Positions 61,750-64,000 of a stretch of DNA of 64,000 nucleotides are shown piece after piece. Within the stretch, counting starts at the first letter, position 1. Each line of letters opens with the position of its first letter. The DNA is from Vulcanimicrobiota bacterium (GTDB taxonomy: Bacteria > Vulcanimicrobiota > Vulcanimicrobiia > Vulcanimicrobiales > Vulcanimicrobiaceae), in the NCBI GenBank assembly GCA_963715815.1, contig OY970278.1, forward strand, positions 2,460,569 to 2,524,568. Reading direction: 5' to 3'. Under the pieces are notes generated by a model, which had not been told where the DNA came from, did no database searches, and saw only the letters and a program-made list of their open reading frames with translations. The translations under genes were made by a program, and so were the position numbers.

Positions 61750-63408
61750 CTACGAGCGTAACGCCAGCGTCCGGGCAGATGCCGTCGACTTTCCGTCGGT
61801 GACGACTACTCGTACGCTGGGTACGTGCCCGAGCTGCCTCGCATCCGGCGGGACAACCTGAAACTCGATCACTTTCACGCCTGAGTCGGGCAACGTCGTT
61901 GCAACTTGCAGCGGCGCGCAAATGCGATCGGTGCAGAACGAGGCGATCCAACCCTTGGGGAGATCGACCGCGTGCAAGTGAATGCTCTGCCCTGGTTTTC
62001 CGGTGACGACCAGCCGGTACTTTGCGGTATCCGGTGCGCTGCCGGGCAATTGCGGCCCAGTCCACGGCGCAAACGAGAGCGCGGTTGAAGTGCGCGAGGT
62101 GCTGCGAATATCGAGCGCGACCGTTTCTTCCTGCGCTTGCTCGAGGTAGATCGTATAGCGCGAGTTTGTCTTCGGAAGTCTCAGCGTCGTTTGCGTGGCG
62201 TCGGCGAATTGCTGACGCGCGGCCGGGATGTTTCCGGCTTTGGCTTCCATACGGCCGTAATAGAGATGCGCCCAGGCGAGCAACCGAATGTCGGTCGCCT
62301 TTGCATGCGGCGCATCGGCTTTTGCGGTCGCAAGTTCGATCGCCCGATCGAATGCGCGCCGGCCTTCTTCGAAACGCTTGGCTGCGCCCGACTCGACGCC
62401 GAGATCAACGAATGCTGCGACACTCTTCGGCTCGAGAGCCGTGAGCTGCTCGTTCGCGCGTAGCGCAACGTCGTAGTTCTTGAGCCGGCCCGCTGCAAAC
62501 GCCATTCCGCTGAGTGCATCTTCGTTCTTTGGATCGAGCGCATGCGCCGCCGTATAGGCGCTCAGCGCTTCTTCGTGTTTGCCGTCATATTCGCTCGCGT
62601 CGCCTTGAAGCAAGTCGAACGCGATCTTTCGCGCATGCGTCCTAGCAATCGGCTTCATAGCTGCGATAGCTTCGACGCGTAAAGCATTCTCTTCGGCCTC
62701 GGTGCGCGGAACATCGATCGGATTGCCGGCGACGGGATCCGAGTTGTCGATCATCTCGCCGACTTGCCCAACGGCCTTCTGGAATCGATCGACGGTCGCA
62801 CCGACGTGCGCGGCATCGCCGGTGAACGCATACTTCGAAGGTGCGAGCAGCGCATCGATCTTTTCTTGGATCGGAGACGTCAGCTGCGAATTTCGATTTG
62901 CTTGCGCGTCCGCGACGAATTGCGCGACCAGCTTCGGCGTCACGAGATCGATATAAACCATTCGCAACACGCCGTCCGGTCCGATCACGTACGTCGTCGG
63001 AAAATACTTGACGTGATACGCCTTGGCGAAAGTTTGATCCGTATCGACCGTTTCGAGGAACTTGATGTCCTTCGCAGCGGCAAACGCTTTCACGAGCGGC
63101 GCAGTCTCGGTCGAGTCGACGCCCATGAAGACGACGTCGTTGTTTGCAGTTTGGTTGTAGGCTTTGATCAGGTTGGCGGTCTCTTCTTGGCACGGCGGGC
63201 ACCACGTCGCCCAAACGTTGATAACGACCGTCTTTCCGTGCAGGCTATCGAGCGTGACGTGTTTTCCGTCGATCGTCGGAAGATCGAACGCCGGTGCGGG
63301 ATCCCCCTGGACGAGTCCGGCCGCGGCCGCGGGTAGCGCTGCCACGAGAACAAAGGCAAGAGCGGCAAAAAGTCCCGTAATTTTCATGTCTAGCCCCCCA
63401 GGGTTCAC
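61750..63408 (-). CDS. TlpA/ResA-like thiol:disulfide oxidoreductase fused to TPR repeats and an extra C-terminal domain
   Basis: Signal peptide followed by VVINVWATWCPPCQEE (CxxC), then about 250 aa of TPR-like helices and a ~110-aa beta-rich end. Confidence 0.8.
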   Translation of the reverse strand: MNPGGLDMKITGLFAALAFVLVAALPAAAAGLVQGDPAPAFDLPTIDGKHVTLDSLHGKTVVINVWATWCPPCQEETANLIKAYNQTANNDVVFMGVDSTETAPLVKAFAAAKDIKFLETVDTDQTFAKAYHVKYFPTTYVIGPDGVLRMVYIDLVTPKLVAQFVADAQANRNSQLTSPIQEKIDALLAPSKYAFTGDAAHVGATVDRFQKAVGQVGEMIDNSDPVAGNPIDVPRTEAEENALRVEAIAAMKPIARTHARKIAFDLLQGDASEYDGKHEEALSAYTAAHALDPKNEDALSGMAFAAGRLKNYDVALRANEQLTALEPKSVAAFVDLGVESGAAKRFEEGRRAFDRAIELATAKADAPHAKATDIRLLAWAHLYYGRMEAKAGNIPAARQQFADATQTTLRLPKTNSRYTIYLEQAQEETVALDIRSTSRTSTALSFAPWTGPQLPGSAPDTAKYRLVVTGKPGQSIHLHAVDLPKGWIASFCTDRICAPLQVATTLPDSGVKVIEFQVVPPDARQLGHVPSVRVVVTDGKSTASARTLALRS

Positions 63409-64000
63409 GCTCGGAGTTTGTATCCGGCCGCCGTCATCGTGAGCGCGGTTCCGAATGCCGCGACCGCGAGGAGGACGACGACCAGTAGAGAGAGTCCGAG
63501 TTCTATATCGCTGCGTCCTGTAAACGAGTACCGGAACGCATCAACCATGTAGAACATCGGGTTGAACAGCGAGAGTTTCTGCACCGCCGGCGGCAAGAAG
63601 CGGCTCGACGTGAAGACGCCGCCGACAAAGACCAGTGGCGTAATGACGAACGTCGTGAAGATCGCGATGTGATCGAACTTTTCAGCCATCAGACCGAAGA
63701 TGATCCCGATCGACGAAAAGAGTATCGCGACAACCGTTACGACGAGGAGATACAGGCCCCAGTTGTGCGGACCGACATGGACGATCAGCATGCCGAGAAT
63801 TGTGATTAGGCCCGCGATGATGAACGCACGCACGACACCGGCGATCACGAAGCCAAGCACGATCTCGAGTGCCGACATCGGCGAGATCAGCAACTCTTGA
63901 ACGTGGTTCAGAAACCGGCTCTGAAACACGCTGCTGGACGCCTCACCGTACGATTCGTTGATTACCTGCAGCATGATCAAGCCCGGAATCAAGAACGCAC
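63405..64000 (-). CDS. ABC-2 type transporter permease; 3' part only, the 5' end is beyond the window
   Basis: Hydrophobic ORF (ISPMSALEIVLGFVIAGVVRAFIIAGLITILGML) that is still open at 64000. 4-nt overlap with the downstream gene. Confidence 0.75.
   Translation of the reverse strand, partial: AFLIPGLIMLQVINESYGEASSSVFQSRFLNHVQELLISPMSALEIVLGFVIAGVVRAFIIAGLITILGMLIVHVGPHNWGLYLLVVTVVAILFSSIGIIFGLMAEKFDHIAIFTTFVITPLVFVGGVFTSSRFLPPAVQKLSLFNPMFYMVDAFRYSFTGRSDIELGLSLLVVVLLAVAAFGTALTMTAAGYKLRA

Noticed and set aside
1-64000. Search for CRISPR arrays, tRNA/rRNA genes, transposases, integrases, prophage or toxin-antitoxin modules
   Set aside because: No spacer-repeat periodicity was seen. No intergenic region has a cloverleaf-like arm set. 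No ORF has DDE, tyrosine- or serine-recombinase, or phage structural motifs. Apart from the lipoprotein/GT cluster, the window looks like core chromosome.

Overview
High-GC bacterial chromosomal segment (about 63% GC in a typical 60-nt line I counted). It is densely coded with roughly 60 genes, and most spacers are under 150 nt. I saw no rRNA, tRNA, CRISPR array, transposase, integrase or phage genes. All family calls come from motifs I recognise in the supplied translations; no database search was run. Most content is core transport and metabolism: TRAP dctQP, a Liv-type ABC uptake operon, a GH125-like mannosidase, an ECF sigma/anti-sigma pair, a PHP phosphatase, a peptide SBP, pyrE, bcp, an RCK-gated K+ channel, thiSG behind ETF-QO, two glycolate-oxidase-like sets (glcDEF and glcD2E2), gltB, 2-oxoacid dehydrogenase E1a/E1b/E2, queDE, futalosine genes mqnB/mqnD, a NamZ-like gene, PilZ, pepP, trxB and pdxA. 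The least ordinary part is 29.1-38.8 kb, a co-directional cluster of three paralogous lipoproteins that are poor in charged residues, flanking two paralogous two-domain glycosyltransferases. I cannot assign this cluster to a characterised system. Other points worth a second look:
- a ZAS-type anti-sigma domain fused to an Ogt/MGMT domain
- a PHP phosphatase with a histone-H1-like tail
- a structured, terminator-capped intergenic RNA candidate
- a 1-nt frameshift in glcE
- two genes that seem to need a CTG start overlapping the upstream TGA (CTGA)
- an ~80-nt intergenic element present twice, with compensatory base changes
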